Of a stretch of DNA of 46,750 nucleotides, positions 17,289 through 26,998 are shown one piece after another. How positions within the stretch are numbered: position 1 is the first letter of the stretch; each line of letters begins with the position of its first letter. The DNA comes from a virus (taxonomy: Duplodnaviria; Caudoviricetes). Both the position numbers and the translations under genes were made by a program. The DNA is taken from the IMG/VR virus record IMGVR_UViG_3300032253_000001, positions 1 through 46,750 of that record, one strand, 5' to 3'. The notes under the pieces were generated by a model. It was given only the letters and a program-made list of their open reading frames with translations. It did no database searches and was not told the DNA's origin.

Positions 17289-19909
17289 GGTAGTCTCCCC
17301 CGCACGGCGGCCCGCGTTTCGGGATCCGCGATCCGGTTCAGTGCCGCGACGCGCTCACCCTCTGGCAGGGCCTGCAGCTGCAAGGCCTGCCGGTTCAAAT
17401 CTTCTTCCGTAACATCGTCCAGCGTGGCGTCCACGAGGAACACTGTGTCATCCGCTCCCCCGCCTTCGCGCACGGCGGACAGGGGGCCTGTGTCCACGTT
17501 GGCGTCCCTCATGGTTCGTGTGAGGCGACGTGTCAGCGTCGCCTCCGGCGTCCCCTCCCCCGTGTCGCCCTGCATGAAGCCGAGTACATCCACGAGTACG
17601 TCATCCGCCCGGTCCCCGAAAATCCACACCATGCGATTGGCGAACACCGCCATCTGCTCGGTTACCTCTTCGGGGGGTATATCCGGGTTGCGGGTTATGG
17701 CGGCCACGTGCTGGGCCATCTCGGCCAGCGTACGGTTGGGCAGCGTCTGGGCGGCGGCATCGGACAGGCCGAAGCGCTCGCGCTGGATACGCGTGGACGC
17801 TTCGATATAGTCTCGGAACGTGCTCCTACCGTCCTGCTGATCCGCCACCTGCGGTACAGGTACGCCGGATACCATGTTGATAGTGAGGCCGTCCCATAGC
17901 GCCGCCAGATCCGGGTCGCGATGCGCGGCATTGGCGGGCTCTCTCAGGCGGTACTGCTGCTCCTCCTCGACGGCGGCCACTGTCCGGTCGTATATGGTCT
18001 CCCCCACGTCGGTGCCCCGATACGGCATGGCCGGGCTTTCCACTTGGTTTAGTAAGCCGGTAAGCTCGGCGGCGTCCATTTCGTCGATGTTCTCTGTTAG
18101 CGCCGCTACCGCCGTCTCCTCCGTGATCCGGTCGCGGTACGTCTGAGCGTTGGGGGGCGTCAGCGCGTTCAGTGCGTCCTCCAGCACCGAGCGCATGGGC
18201 AGGTCTTCCCCCACCCGGAATGCGGCGAGGCTATCGTCGAGGAATGTCTGGGCATCCGCGCGCATCTGTGCGGTGGGCGTGGCCGTATCCGTCAGGCTCT
18301 CAATAGCGCCCTGCCGAGCCGCGAGTATGTCGCCCGCCGCTGCACCAGATACCCGTGGGTTGACGCCGCCCATCGGGTTCAGGGTGACGCTGTCGATCTC
18401 CCCCCTGACGTGCCGCCCTACGACCTCGGTTGCCCAGCTGGGGACTGGACCCCACGACCCATCCGCAAGCTGGTTGCCCCACGCTCTGCGATCACCGAAA
18501 TCGAGGTGAATAAAATTGCCGTTGTAGACGCCGATCCCCGTCACCCCTGCGGTAGAAAGCGCCTCCAGCAACTGCACACGCTGGGGGGTGCTGAGCTGCG
18601 CCACACTGATATCTATGGCCCCCCTGCGGCCCGTCGGCGTGCCGTCTTCACGTCGCAGAACATGCTGGCTGTTGCTCGCCCCGTAGCCCGCATTATCGGC
18701 GCGCTCGGCGTCAAGAATGGGCAGGCTGTCGTAGCCGAACTGAGCGAAGACGTTCCGGGCTATTTGCACGAGCTGGGGGTCGATTTCGTCGTACCGGCTC
18801 TCGGGGAGAGCATTACCGGCTCCGTCCGTGAGCGGTATACTCGACGTGAGAGGGATGCCGGGACTGCCCGTCATGAAGTCAGGCAGGGCCTGCCGCAACG
18901 CGGATTGCACGCCCCGGGGCAGATCACCCCTGCTCCAGTCGCCGTTGGCGAACTCTTCGCCCATGTAGAACGCGACGACGGCGTCCACGGGATCCTCGAA
19001 CCCCGCCTCCGTCATTAGGTACTCCATCTGGCTTTGCGCCAGCATGCGCGCCCGCGTGGGGTTGGAGAGGTACGCCTCCCAGCCGCCCGGTTGCGAGGCG
19101 GGGTCGATACCCTCCCGCTGAGCGATAGCGGAGAGATCCTCGCGCCGCAGGCCGAACTCTCCCACGCGCTCACCCGAACGACCCGGCCCGAGCGCCCAAT
19201 CCTCCAGAGCACCCGTCAGGAGCGCGGCGCGCGTATCCACGGGAAGCTCCATTGGCGTGCCGCCAGTCTCGTACATGACGCGCAACGGGTCGGAGGCGAT
19301 ACTCTCGAGGTATCCGCTGGCAAAGAGCCCGTCCGCGTTGCGGATCATTTCCTCCTGATCAGCGGGTGGCAGGTTGGATCCCCGCACTCGGGCCTCGTAA
19401 TCCTCCTGCACGTCCTCGATGCTGTCGGGATTTGCCGCGATCATCGCGAGGGCGTCGTTGCCTACATCCGTCAGTACCCCGCTTTGGAAGCTCACAAGCT
19501 CTTGGTACTCCGCCCTGTCGGCGCGTAGCCCGCGCTGATCGAAGAGCAGGCCTATGTCGGCCTCGCGCCGGGCGCGCAAGTCCTCATCCTCGATGCTGGA
19601 GAGGTACGCCTGCGTCAGTTCCGTCAGCGCACCGCTCCTGAAGCCTTCCGAGAAACCGCGCCCGCCCGCAGGCATGTTTTGCTCGGCGTCAAACATGGCC
19701 GCGTCCAGATCGGTTTGCAACTGTCGGAACTGCTGCGTATCTTCCATCTCCAGACGTCTCTGCTCACGCTCTACGAGCGCTCCGCCTAGTTGCGCGAGAC
19801 CTCCTCCCAGCCCCTGAATAGCCCCCGGCATGGCGTCACGTAGCTGGGGCCCCGGACTGGCCGTGACCTGCATGGGGACAGAGGATACGAGGCGTTCGAT
19901 ACGGGCCAT
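17285..19909 (-). CDS. internal virion protein with peptidase M15-like peptidoglycan hydrolase domain
   Basis: GASNSQH...GAIDI...GIGVY..NFIHLD zinc-peptidase motif; gp15-like position. Confidence 0.75.
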   Translation of the reverse strand: MARIERLVSSVPMQVTASPGPQLRDAMPGAIQGLGGGLAQLGGALVEREQRRLEMEDTQQFRQLQTDLDAAMFDAEQNMPAGGRGFSEGFRSGALTELTQAYLSSIEDEDLRARREADIGLLFDQRGLRADRAEYQELVSFQSGVLTDVGNDALAMIAANPDSIEDVQEDYEARVRGSNLPPADQEEMIRNADGLFASGYLESIASDPLRVMYETGGTPMELPVDTRAALLTGALEDWALGPGRSGERVGEFGLRREDLSAIAQREGIDPASQPGGWEAYLSNPTRARMLAQSQMEYLMTEAGFEDPVDAVVAFYMGEEFANGDWSRGDLPRGVQSALRQALPDFMTGSPGIPLTSSIPLTDGAGNALPESRYDEIDPQLVQIARNVFAQFGYDSLPILDAERADNAGYGASNSQHVLRREDGTPTGRRGAIDISVAQLSTPQRVQLLEALSTAGVTGIGVYNGNFIHLDFGDRRAWGNQLADGSWGPVPSWATEVVGRHVRGEIDSVTLNPMGGVNPRVSGAAAGDILAARQGAIESLTDTATPTAQMRADAQTFLDDSLAAFRVGEDLPMRSVLEDALNALTPPNAQTYRDRITEETAVAALTENIDEMDAAELTGLLNQVESPAMPYRGTDVGETIYDRTVAAVEEEQQYRLREPANAAHRDPDLAALWDGLTINMVSGVPVPQVADQQDGRSTFRDYIEASTRIQRERFGLSDAAAQTLPNRTLAEMAQHVAAITRNPDIPPEEVTEQMAVFANRMVWIFGDRADDVLVDVLGFMQGDTGEGTPEATLTRRLTRTMRDANVDTGPLSAVREGGGADDTVFLVDATLDDVTEEDLNRQALQLQALPEGERVAALNRIADPETRAAVRGRLP

Positions 19910-20358
19910 TACGATACCCCAAAAGCGTCAGGGAAGCGGGCCGCACCGCTCAAGATGGGCGACAGGAAGGCGAATGGCGCGGAGCGGCGAGCGGATCGGG
20001 CGTTCGCCTGCATGATACTGCTCTCGAAGCGGCTCTGATCAGCCTGTGCCCGGGCATTATAGCTGATCATGGCCAGATCCATATCGGCCTCGTTGGCGGT
20101 GTCCATAGCGACGTCGAAAGCGCTACCCCCCGATCCGAGGCCCCCCTCCGCGAAGGCCGCGCGCTGCTGGCCGCCTACACGGGCCGCCTGCCGTTTGGCC
20201 TGTCCCTGTCGAAGAGCGCCTGCGGTGTACTGCTGCTCAGCCCGCCGCTCCAGCGCCTGTGATTGCATCTTGGCGCTTTGAGCCTGCGCCTGCGCGCCCA
20301 TGAAGGCCCCCATCCCTTGGATGACGGACCCCGCGATCAGTAGTTCCGGCCCACACAT
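19909..20358 (-). CDS. internal virion protein (T7 gp14-like)
   Basis: MCGP start; Ala/Gln-rich; GQQRAAFAEGGL...GSAFDV pattern. Confidence 0.75.
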   Translation of the reverse strand: MCGPELLIAGSVIQGMGAFMGAQAQAQSAKMQSQALERRAEQQYTAGALRQGQAKRQAARVGGQQRAAFAEGGLGSGGSAFDVAMDTANEADMDLAMISYNARAQADQSRFESSIMQANARSARRSAPFAFLSPILSGAARFPDAFGVS

Positions 20359-20359
20359 A

Positions 20360-22918
20360 TCAAGTCCCCCTATCTGTCGTCACCATAACAGCTCGAATGG
20401 TCGCGGGGAATGGCGCATCGGTGCCGATGCGCACCCGGGCCTCCTTGCCCCACCCGCCATCGACAGCCACTTCCAGCATGCCGTCGTATAGGGTGGGTGC
20501 GAAGTAGACTTCGCCCCTGTTTGCTGCGAAGTCGGCCTCCGTGCGCAGCTGCTCGCTTTCTGCCGCCCTGTCGGCATCGCCGCCGTACAGCCCGTAGGCT
20601 TCAAACACATCCACGTGAACCTCGAGAATGCTGGTGGGGCGGCCCATATAGCCGCCATCCTCGGGGATGCCCGGTGGGCGAAGGGTCTCGATGACGCTCT
20701 CGTAGGCGAGGCCAATATAGGCATCCGTGGTCGTATACGAGTTAGGGGCTTTGACCGATCCGCTAACGACCACGGCGGTGCCCCAGTCACGGCCCTCGTT
20801 CGCCTCGTAAATGGTGACCGTCTCCCCCTCCAAGTGGTCCAGTCCCGTGAAGGTTCCCGTGGCCGCGCCCTGATAGCGGGCGGCAGCCATGAGGTACACG
20901 GGTCGATTGCTCACAGACGCTGGTCCTCTCCACGGAAACGTAACCTTCTCGATGCGATACTGGAGCGCGCCGTCCACGTACCTCTTGGTCACCATAAGGG
21001 AGGCGTCACCGTCGTCGTCCGGTAGCACGCACATGCTCTCCACACCCGCCAGCGTGCCCGGGATCTCTATCCTACTTACGCCGAAGACCTGCTGCTGCCG
21101 GTCGTAGGTGCAGGCGGCCACTATGCCATCCTCCATCACCACCCAGAGGAGGTCCGATGGGATTTCCTGATAGTGGACTTCGCGCACCTTGCCGCGAAAA
21201 ATATGTTCGGCGAGCATGGTCAGCTCTCGCACGATGTAGCCACCGTCGTCGGCGCTGAAAGCGGTTTCGTGCAGGCGCTGCTTGGCTTTGCCCGCAAAGA
21301 TGAGGATGTTGGAGACCCAGACGGGGAGGACGTCGCTGGCGCGCACGTCCGTGGCCCCCTCCTCCTCCGCGTTCGCGGGGCTGAATACGGCCCCGGGGTC
21401 GCGCTCGTTCACGACCCTGATACCGCCCACTGTGCCCAGCAGGAGGTCCGTGCCATTGCTGGTCGCCCAGAGGATGTCGTCCATGCGCCCGTTCGTGAGG
21501 TCGAAGGCCACGGCGTCGTCGTCTACAAGAGGGTCAGAGACCCCGAAATTGTCGAAGTCATCGGACACGCTCAGCCAGCCCCCTCGGGGCTGATCGCTCG
21601 TGTTAAAGAAGGCGAGGCGGCCCTTGTGCTTGCCCACTCGCTTGGGCCAGCCGCTCTCGTCCGACCACGCCTGCAGCTGCCACGCCGCCGCCACCGTGCT
21701 ACCTAACGTAAGCGGTGCGGGACCGACGACCTTAGCCGACACGGACGTGGTGCTGGCTCTGGCCGTTATGACGAGTACGCGCCAGAAACCGTCATCCGCC
21801 ATAACTCGAATAAGTCGCCCAACATCAGTAGTTTGGAAGCCGGTATCGTTGTTGATGCCGGTCACCGCACTAGCAGTAACTGTAAACGCCGCTTGATCGT
21901 CCACATGCAACAGCGCCTCCCATTTGGGGTAGCGTGTTGCACTCGCCGAACCCCCGCCGCCATCTGCTGCACCCATGGTTTCAATTCTGTACACGCGATA
22001 CGCTGTGCTGTTGGTGATCTCGAATACACGGGTTTCGCCGGATACCCAGTCGCTCTCGCCTCTATGTTGGTCCAGTGTCACCCACGCGGCCGATCCGTCT
22101 TTCTGTGCCTTTAACGTCCAGTTCACTGCAGTGTTCCGCGCCTTATCGACGTCCGTGCTCTCTGCCGTAAGAGCATACCCCGTAATCACTTTCTCGACGC
22201 CCGCACCGTAGTCATACTGGATATAGCCGCGCCCCGCCGCGCCGTCTAGCGTTGCCGTCGCACGCTCGTTATCGAAGCTCTTCCACGCAGACGTGCTGGC
22301 CGTACCTGTACCTCCGCTGGCGATAGTTGTCGTGGTGGTCGACGCCGTACCACTGGGCGCTGTGTTGGTCGTCATAGCAGGCCATGCGTGGCCCGTGTCT
22401 CCGAGCGTCATCGACGCTGCGCCAGCACCCGGAGAGGGGAGCCAAGGCCCGTTCAGCGCCTCGAAGGTGGCCAGCGTCCAACTGGTGTCGCTGGATCGCG
22501 TCAGGGTGCGGTTCTCGTAGCCGTCGCACGTGACGTAGACGACGTCGCCGATACTGTCCGTCTGGATTTTCCAGAGGTCCGCCTGCAGGTAGGGCGTCAC
22601 CACCTCCACGGGGCTGCCGCCGCTCTCGATGACGCCGTCCACGGTGTGGAAGCGCAGCTTCAGGTTGCTGAACTCCAGCGCGTAGGCTTGGCTCTCGTTG
22701 AAGATGAAGGGGATCAACCGACTGGCCGCAGTCTCCGTCGTACAAGCGTTCTGGTCCAGCGTGCCCGGCATACGAATAACACCTCCGTACTTCGACACGA
22801 TGAAATTCGTGCACGTATGTAGACCTAGCCTATAATCCTGTAGATCCACGCGCCCGTGCACAAGGGGCGTGACCTCTCCCCGGGTCATGGATACGACGTG
22901 ATTGTGGACCCTCGTCAT
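20360..22918 (-). CDS. tail tubular protein B / nozzle
   Basis: Likely start MTRVHN at 22918; GEVTP..GRVD..Y, NFIV..GG..R.PGT, RLIPFIFN..QAYALEF. Confidence 0.85.
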   Translation of the reverse strand: MTRVHNHVVSMTRGEVTPLVHGRVDLQDYRLGLHTCTNFIVSKYGGVIRMPGTLDQNACTTETAASRLIPFIFNESQAYALEFSNLKLRFHTVDGVIESGGSPVEVVTPYLQADLWKIQTDSIGDVVYVTCDGYENRTLTRSSDTSWTLATFEALNGPWLPSPGAGAASMTLGDTGHAWPAMTTNTAPSGTASTTTTTIASGGTGTASTSAWKSFDNERATATLDGAAGRGYIQYDYGAGVEKVITGYALTAESTDVDKARNTAVNWTLKAQKDGSAAWVTLDQHRGESDWVSGETRVFEITNSTAYRVYRIETMGAADGGGGSASATRYPKWEALLHVDDQAAFTVTASAVTGINNDTGFQTTDVGRLIRVMADDGFWRVLVITARASTTSVSAKVVGPAPLTLGSTVAAAWQLQAWSDESGWPKRVGKHKGRLAFFNTSDQPRGGWLSVSDDFDNFGVSDPLVDDDAVAFDLTNGRMDDILWATSNGTDLLLGTVGGIRVVNERDPGAVFSPANAEEEGATDVRASDVLPVWVSNILIFAGKAKQRLHETAFSADDGGYIVRELTMLAEHIFRGKVREVHYQEIPSDLLWVVMEDGIVAACTYDRQQQVFGVSRIEIPGTLAGVESMCVLPDDDGDASLMVTKRYVDGALQYRIEKVTFPWRGPASVSNRPVYLMAAARYQGAATGTFTGLDHLEGETVTIYEANEGRDWGTAVVVSGSVKAPNSYTTTDAYIGLAYESVIETLRPPGIPEDGGYMGRPTSILEVHVDVFEAYGLYGGDADRAAESEQLRTEADFAANRGEVYFAPTLYDGMLEVAVDGGWGKEARVRIGTDAPFPATIRAVMVTTDRGT

Positions 22919-23514
22919 ACATACCTCACGTCGATCACGTCGTGCTGCTCCACGATCTCCGATGATCCCTCCAGCGTGTCCACGTCGGCTGCGAGGCGCA
23001 GGGCGTCGGCCAGATCCTGCAGCAGGCGGTCCTTGTACGTGGCCTTGCCCGTGGCCCGCAACGCGAGCCGGTGGGCGAGGAAGATGGAAAAGGCGTCCAC
23101 AGCCAACGGATCCCACTCCGTGAAGTCCTCTACGCGCTGGATCGTGCGCAGGTAAAGCGTCGTCGCGGTCGGCGGGTCGTTCACGTAGATATAGCCCCCG
23201 ATTACCTCGAAGGGGATGGGGCTATCCGTACGCTCACCATACTGGGTGGGGGGGATGATACGGATCCAGTCGGAGGGCAGAGGGAAGCGGTAGTCCCAGC
23301 GGAAGGCGGGGGCCGTGTTGTCCACTGTCAGCGTGTTCAACTGCATGGCGAAATTCCACGGCTTCAGCCGCAGAAAGGCATCCCGCGCCTGATCGTGGTT
23401 GCGTCGCAGCCACCGGGCGTATGTGCTGGCATCCGTGGTGGCATTCAGGGCGTGCTCGACGAGGTGGTCGAGCGCCATGTTCCAGACATCCAGCTTGGTC
23501 ACATTCGCGGGCAT
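22915..23514 (-). CDS. tail tubular protein A / adaptor
   Basis: NMALDHL, PWNFA, YRFPLPSDWIR, DPL..DA..LA pattern. Confidence 0.85.
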   Translation of the reverse strand: MPANVTKLDVWNMALDHLVEHALNATTDASTYARWLRRNHDQARDAFLRLKPWNFAMQLNTLTVDNTAPAFRWDYRFPLPSDWIRIIPPTQYGERTDSPIPFEVIGGYIYVNDPPTATTLYLRTIQRVEDFTEWDPLAVDAFSIFLAHRLALRATGKATYKDRLLQDLADALRLAADVDTLEGSSEIVEQHDVIDVRYV

Positions 23515-23524
23515 GGGTCACCCC

Positions 23525-23866
23525 CTAGCTTGCCTTCGTGGTCGCCGCCGTATTCGGTCCCGCAGGCTTGGTGGGCGTGGGCCGCTTCTTGGGTGCGCCA
23601 CCGCGTTTCAGGGTCTCATTGACCGCCGTCGCCGCAGCCTTGGCCGCCTTGATGTTCAGGTCGTTATGCGCACGGTCCACTTCACGCTGACGGATGTTCA
23701 GGACGTGCAGGGGCACCTGCTCACCCGGTCGCAGCTTGACATCTGGATCCTTGGGTTTCACCATCGCGTCGCGCTCGGCGACTTTGGTTGCCGTCCGACG
23801 TTCCTGCTCCTTGCGCTTCGCCACGGCGTCTGCCCGGCGAATGTCTTCTGAGGTTGGCTTTGCCAC
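23525..23866 (-). CDS. hypothetical basic protein
   Basis: SD AAGGAG; sits within the head-tail operon. Confidence 0.65.
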   Translation of the reverse strand: MAKPTSEDIRRADAVAKRKEQERRTATKVAERDAMVKPKDPDVKLRPGEQVPLHVLNIRQREVDRAHNDLNIKAAKAAATAVNETLKRGGAPKKRPTPTKPAGPNTAATTKAS

Positions 23867-23939
23867 GGGATATCTCCTTGGTTTGGGTGTGTGGGCGGCC
23901 CGCTGGGGGCAGGCCGCCCTGTCGTGTCACGGCAGCCGC

Positions 23940-24620
23940 TTACCGCTCCACGAAGGCGCGGACCCAGTCCACAGTCATGGTCTTGGCGACAGCCTCGCCG
24001 TTCTGCAGACCGAAGGTCAGGGTCAGTTCTTCGTCGTCGGGCACGTTGGTCATGGCCACACCCGCGACGCGGGATCCGTCCACAAACACCTCGATCTTCG
24101 AGCCGGTCAGCGAGCTGCCGTCCTCGTCGGTCTTGCCGTTGTAGTAGAACTCCAGCGTCACCCACGTGTCGTCGGCGGCGGTGCCGACGGCGGCGCTCTC
24201 CGTCTCCGAGCTATCCTTGGTGACAGTGAAGTCGATGTTGGCGTCGCCGTCATCCTTGACGAAGGCGATGCCGTCGGTGTGCGCCAGAGGCGTGGTGTCC
24301 GTGATCACCAGACCGGCAATGAAGTCGCTCTCGGTGGCGTCGGACACCTGCAGACGGATGCCGAAATACATCCGCTTCCCTGCCGCGAACTTGAAGCCCT
24401 CGGAGGGGAGTTGGAAGAAGTCGTGGTCGTTGTCACCGGCTGCGTTGGTGACCAGCAGCTGGCCCCCAGCACCCGGGGTGAGGGCTTCAGTGGCCGATCC
24501 CGCACCTGCTTCTGTGGTGGTGATCGTCCAATCGGCGGCAGTGTAGTTAAAGAAGTCCTCGAAGACCTCGTAGAACGCGGTGCGATTGCCCACGTTACTC
24601 AGGATGTCGCGAAAGCCCAT
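23940..24620 (-). CDS. structural protein (possible capsid decoration)
   Basis: Follows the MCP with strong SD AAGGAG; beta-rich, FEDF...VDWVRAFVER. Confidence 0.7.
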   Translation of the reverse strand: MGFRDILSNVGNRTAFYEVFEDFFNYTAADWTITTTEAGAGSATEALTPGAGGQLLVTNAAGDNDHDFFQLPSEGFKFAAGKRMYFGIRLQVSDATESDFIAGLVITDTTPLAHTDGIAFVKDDGDANIDFTVTKDSSETESAAVGTAADDTWVTLEFYYNGKTDEDGSSLTGSKIEVFVDGSRVAGVAMTNVPDDEELTLTFGLQNGEAVAKTMTVDWVRAFVER

Positions 24621-24735
24621 GGCTTTTCTCCTTGTCGATGCTCAGGCCACCATGGCGAGAGCGGGGGTGGGGCCGGGGGCGGAGTGAAGGGAGGAAAGAC
24701 CTTTTCCGCCCCCGGCGCGACCGATCTAAGGGAGA

Positions 24736-25746
24736 TCAGCCGTTCGTTTTCAGCAGCGCCATCGGGATCTGCTTGCGCTCCACGTAGACGCGGTCCCAGT
24801 TGGCGGCTGCCTGCAGCTCCGTGTTCGTCGGGAACTCGGCTGCGACCGAGCTGTCCGTGAACTTGATGCCGTAGGGGTGGATCGCAAACTGCTGACGGGT
24901 CCACAGTTCCTCGATCCCCATGCCATCTGCAGCGCTCTCGTCGCTGTCAGTAGACACCGGGTTGGCGACGGGGCTCTGCCCCATACCGAAGGCACCCATG
25001 CCGAGGACGAAGGTCCAGTAGGCCGTCTGGTACGTTCCGGCAATGGCCGGGCAGCGGTCAGACACATGGATCCGGTAGTCCTGATAGTAGGGCCACCAGC
25101 GCTTGCCGTCGGCGTCCATCCGGTAGTCGATCAGCTGCTGCTTCGCGAGCCGGTTGTGGACCACGGAGTGCATGACCACGAGGGACAGATCCTGCTTAGC
25201 GTCACCCAAGGTCTGCCCGGTGTCGAGCACCGCATCAGCCGAGAAGAGGGTGGCCGCCGCAGGGGTGCCCACAACATCACTGGTGATGTCGTTGATCATG
25301 TCGCCGCTGTCGTTCGCCGCGTTGTCGGCGAAGACGCCGCGCAGGGTCGAGATGGCGACATCGTCGAACTGACGCCCCCAGTAGTCGGTGACCCGGGAAG
25401 CGATGCGCTTCATGGGGTCGTCCCCGGCCAGCTCACGGGTGAGCTGTGCAGTGGACCAGCCACGGGTGCGGACCTGCCGACGGGCGATGTCCTTGCCAGT
25501 GGTGATCGACCCCGGGGTCGCGTCGCTCGCCGGATCGTCCGATGCCGGGTCGCTCTCGGTGTCGTCCAGATCTTTCCAGAACGACACGTTGAAGGTGCGA
25601 CCGCCACCTGCCAGCTTGGCAGACAGCTCCGCATCCATTGTCATCGCCCCCGCTCCGTAGAGCGCGGTCTTCTGCATCGTCTCTTTCATCATGTACGATG
25701 CGAACACCTCGGGCACGATGACGTCACTCAGTCGGGTAACAGCCAT
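24736..25746 (-). CDS. major capsid protein
   Basis: MAVTRLSDVIVPEVF..., FWKDL, LAGDDPM..IA..V..YW, HPYG, PTNTEL...NWDRVYVERKQI; follows the scaffold. Confidence 0.88.
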   Translation of the reverse strand: MAVTRLSDVIVPEVFASYMMKETMQKTALYGAGAMTMDAELSAKLAGGGRTFNVSFWKDLDDTESDPASDDPASDATPGSITTGKDIARRQVRTRGWSTAQLTRELAGDDPMKRIASRVTDYWGRQFDDVAISTLRGVFADNAANDSGDMINDITSDVVGTPAAATLFSADAVLDTGQTLGDAKQDLSLVVMHSVVHNRLAKQQLIDYRMDADGKRWWPYYQDYRIHVSDRCPAIAGTYQTAYWTFVLGMGAFGMGQSPVANPVSTDSDESAADGMGIEELWTRQQFAIHPYGIKFTDSSVAAEFPTNTELQAAANWDRVYVERKQIPMALLKTNG

Positions 25747-25760
25747 TTTTCAGGTCTCCG

Positions 25761-26666
25761 TTAACTAAGGTTATACAGGTCAAGATCCGCGCCTGCGGCA
25801 CGGGCCAGCTGCTTGGCCTTATCGGGTTGCTCTTTGACGAGTTTCATGATGGCTGTGAGATTGCCCTCGCCCTCGAAGGGGTTGACCCCCGTCAGGCTGT
25901 CCCCGGCCCCATTGAGCGTACCGCCCTCGGTGAAGAGGGCGATACCGGCCTTGGCGAATGCCGTGGCCAGCTCGGGTACGAGAACTTCACGATCCGGGCC
26001 CAGCAAGCCGCGCTTTGACAGCACGTCCGTTAGATTGCCCTTCTCGTCGATGGCGTCGAAGAAGCGGCTGGCCATCTCAAGATTGGCCTTCCACGTCTCG
26101 CCTTCCTTGGCCCCCCAAACATCTTCGAGGGCCGCGTTGGCCCTCTCGATGTCTGTTTCGAGGGTCTGGCCCATGGTCTCCTGCATCGTAGTTGCCTGCT
26201 CCGTCATACGACCAGTGAACCAGTCGTGAAGAGAGGAAGCCTGCTTCTGCGTCAGACCAAGCTCGTGCGCCTGATCCTTGAAGCCCTTTGCCATGTCCTC
26301 GTCGTAGGGGACCGTCTCAGGCAGGTCGGCGGGGACCGCCAGCTCGTACTTGTCCGAACTTTCAGGCCGACCAAGTCGGCTGAAGACCTTATCCCACGCA
26401 TCTGCGTCGTCGTCTTTCGGGATTGCCACGGCTCCGCCCGCGAACTTGTCTCGCTCCAGTGCGAACTGAGCGAGCTTCACGGGGTCGTCACCATGGCGCT
26501 CTTTCACCCAATTGCGGGTCACTTCATCAAGTTCCGCAAACAGATCGGTCCCGGCGTCTTCGCCTGCCCCATTGCCGGGAGGGTCGCCGTCACCGGCTCC
26601 TCCTGCTCCTTCACCTGCGGCGTCCCACGTGATCGCGGGGTGCAAGATATCCTGTAGAATGTTCAT
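25761..26666 (-). CDS. capsid scaffolding protein
   Basis: Acidic; LGRPESSDKYEL, AHELGLTQKQA, L..VWG motifs; lies between portal and MCP. Confidence 0.8.
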   Translation of the reverse strand: MNILQDILHPAITWDAAGEGAGGAGDGDPPGNGAGEDAGTDLFAELDEVTRNWVKERHGDDPVKLAQFALERDKFAGGAVAIPKDDDADAWDKVFSRLGRPESSDKYELAVPADLPETVPYDEDMAKGFKDQAHELGLTQKQASSLHDWFTGRMTEQATTMQETMGQTLETDIERANAALEDVWGAKEGETWKANLEMASRFFDAIDEKGNLTDVLSKRGLLGPDREVLVPELATAFAKAGIALFTEGGTLNGAGDSLTGVNPFEGEGNLTAIMKLVKEQPDKAKQLARAAGADLDLYNLS

Positions 26667-26998
26667 ATGTCGCTTCCCTCTGCGTTACTGGCGGCGTCCT
26701 CCATGCGCACCGCCAGTGCGAGGGCCGCCTGCGCCTCGGCTGGTAGATTGGTCAGGCTCAGGATCCGGGCGAAGACGCTCCGGCGGCCCTCCATGTGCGC
26801 GAGAATATTGGGGTCAACCCCCGGCTCGGAGACGTGGAAGAAGCCCGACCAACGAGCCAGATCCGTGCTCACGATCTCTGCGTCCTGCAGACCTCCTCGG
26901 CCCGAGAACACGGCGGCGTACGCCTCGACGAGACGCGACTGCGCCGTCGCCGTGCGACGCGCCCCGTATTCAAAGAGGCTGGCTATCGTGTCGGTCAT
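26663..26998 (-). CDS. Bbp19-like head protein
   Basis: Y..VFSG..G..V..DL...EGRRSVF.RI pattern, downstream of the portal. Confidence 0.7.
   Translation of the reverse strand: MTDTIASLFEYGARRTATAQSRLVEAYAAVFSGRGGLQDAEIVSTDLARWSGFFHVSEPGVDPNILAHMEGRRSVFARILSLTNLPAEAQAALALAVRMEDAASNAEGSDI

Noticed and set aside
24599-24904. T7-style frameshift extension of the capsid protein
   Set aside because: I saw no slippery site, and the overlapping frame does not fuse to the next gene.
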